Part shown: positions 62,201 to 64,000 of the stretch, one piece after another
Numbering within the stretch: the first letter of the stretch is position 1
How the letters are laid out: each line of letters begins with the position of its first letter
Assembly (NCBI GenBank): GCA_965645245.1
Contig: OZ287075.1
Location: forward strand, 496,001 to 560,000
Length of the DNA stretch: 64,000 bases
Source of the DNA: Massalongia carnosa
Taxonomy: Eukaryota
Direction: 5' to 3'
The notes under the pieces: generated by a model
Database searches by the model: none
The model's input: only the letters and a program-made list of their open reading frames with translations
What the model was told of the DNA's origin: nothing
Translations under genes and position numbers: made by a program

Positions 62201-62499
62201 CTTATCATCGCCCGATCCCCGTTCTGCTACTTTTCCTGCTATGGCTTTTCGATCGCCATCGGTTCATGATTCTCTCTCCGTTTGTTGTTGGGTATTTGTT
62301 CAGAGGGGGGAAGGGGGAATCAAAAAACGGATTTTATGTTGCTGGGGTTCTGGACGAGAGGAAAGGGGGATAAGAGATGTTATTTTAATTATTTGTTCTT
62401 TCCGAAAGGCTTTCCCAAGATCCGATAGATAGCTCGGTCTCCGAACCGATGCAGGAAGTACGTCAAAGATTAGCCGCACAACAGTGTTTCTCGTCTCAA

Positions 62500-64000
62500 A
62501 ACCCCCCCCCACCCCGCCCCCACCCCCTCCTCTCCGCCACCATCCCACCTCTTCCAACTCCCCCCTTCCCCTAGCCTTCTCACCAACCCCCCATCTCGCC
62601 ACCTCTTCCCCCTCCCCCACTGCCACCGCCGCCACCAAGGTGGTAGCTAGCGGCGCGATAAGCGCGCGGGTTCAAGCCGAGGGGATGCGCGAGCGTGGAT
62701 TGTAGGTGCGCTTGCAGGGCGGCGAGAGGGGGGTGAGGAGGGCGAGGGAGCCGGAGAGGGAGGTGAGGAGGATGAAGCGGGTGGAGGTGATAGATAGAGT
62801 GGAGAGGGGGATGAGGGGAAGGAGGGTGAGCGTGGAGGGATAGTGGCCGGTGTGGAAGGAGGCGAGGGGGAGGAGACATTGGCCGGCGAGAGATTTGGGA
62901 TCTGGGGGGTTCGAACGCGCGGGGGGTAAGTTTGGAGGTTATTCATAAGGGAGGGGGGGAGAACACGCACCGTCTGGGTCGAACTGTACAATGTGGATGT
63001 TGCAGTCCGCGTCCGCGACGACGATATAGAGCTGCTTCCCATCGGGCAAGAAATCGGCAGTGACAACGTCGATGGGCCGTGGAGATTTGCCGAAGAGTCG
63101 GAGTTGGTAGGGTTCCTCCTGGATCAGTTCATATCGTTATTAGCTCGTTCGGTCACGGATTTTTCTTCTGTCGGATTTTCACTTTCCGGGAAGACAGCTA
63201 GACGGAAAAGCATAAGACGTACGTAGTACCCCGCCAGCCAAACCCCTTTGATCACGTCCCCCGTCAAACACAGCCCCGTCCCCTTGAGCTCCTTCGCAAC
63301 CGTAACATAACATTGCATGTCCATAAACGCAACCGGCAGCAGCGATCCATCCTCCTTCAGCCCGCGCACCAGGCATTTCTGGCCCTGCGCCACGAGCAAG
63401 AACTCCTGGCTCCCGATCTCGGACAGAGCGGTTACAGCCCCTTTCACCTCCTCCTTGGCGATAAGTTTCAGCTTCCGCCCGGTTTTCGGACGGCCGGGAT
63501 GCGGGACCACGTCTATGATGGCGAAGATGTAGATGCGACCGAGGAAGGGGAGGTCTTCACCGCGGACGAGGGCGGTGCCGACGGCGACGAGTTCTTGGCG
63601 GGCGTGCGAGTGTTCGGATGTTTCGAGCGTCATCGTCTGAATGCACATTATTACCTCTGCTGAATCGAGTTCGTGTCTATGAAAAAGCATTAGGGTGACA
63701 TTGGGATCCGCTGAAGAGGTTGGGGTGGCTTACTTGTCGATTATAGACCAAGTTTTATGGTCTAAGAGCTTAATTGATCCCTGATCGATTTGAGGTGGGA
63801 ATGACGTGTCTGTAACAGATATCATGAGCAGATTTCATCAGTAAAGTCAGAAAGAGAGATGAACCATCGTGATTTGTGTCACCCTGCACATCGTCCTCTG
63901 GCAGTTTGAAATCTGATGATTGGCTTGTTCCAAGGACGTAGGCGTCCTTCCCTTCGTGATAATCGAGTGCTTGGATCTCTTCGCCTACGACAGCCCTACG
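62500..64000 (-). CDS. CFT1: 3' part of cleavage/polyadenylation factor CFT1 (CPSF160); possibly mutated copy
   Basis: [81 protein letters not shown]; the C-terminal part looks degenerate and the 3' limit is approximate. Confidence 0.8.

Noticed and set aside
61908..62373. Poly-K, poly-E and poly-F ORFs
   Set aside because: Arise from (CTT)n and poly-C tracts; no recognisable domain.

Overview
Filamentous ascomycete (Pezizomycotina) genomic DNA with short GT-AG introns, in which conserved housekeeping genes alternate with transposon-rich, partly decayed blocks. Intact or likely intact genes: a SAM-HMG-Zn2Cys6-Fungal_trans fusion transcription factor, a NirA-like C6 factor, an OMS1-like methyltransferase, TBP, a CE3/SGNH esterase, RNase H2 subunit B, a SurE-TTL (PBY1-like) fusion, an F-BAR/SH3 Cdc15/Hof1 protein, NOT1, seipin and an HMT1-like ABC half-transporter. 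Damaged genes: a C6 factor with a 1-nt deletion, a HeLo-like/NACHT/ankyrin/ZZ NLR, an F-box remnant, an orphan SEC11 exon, and fumarate reductase and CFT1 copies carrying RIP-like changes. Mobile DNA: two pogo-type elements, a Tc1 element interrupted by a Tad1-like LINE, and candidate MITEs. Two non-coding highlights. (1) A non-autonomous retroposon family (two copies, 13-bp TSDs, A-tails) whose exact 5' end folds as an HDV-like self-cleaving ribozyme. (2) A probable telomerase RNA gene next to TBP, whose candidate template predicts a non-canonical 9-nt telomere repeat (TTAAAGGGG). All calls were made by eye; no database searches or folding programs were run.
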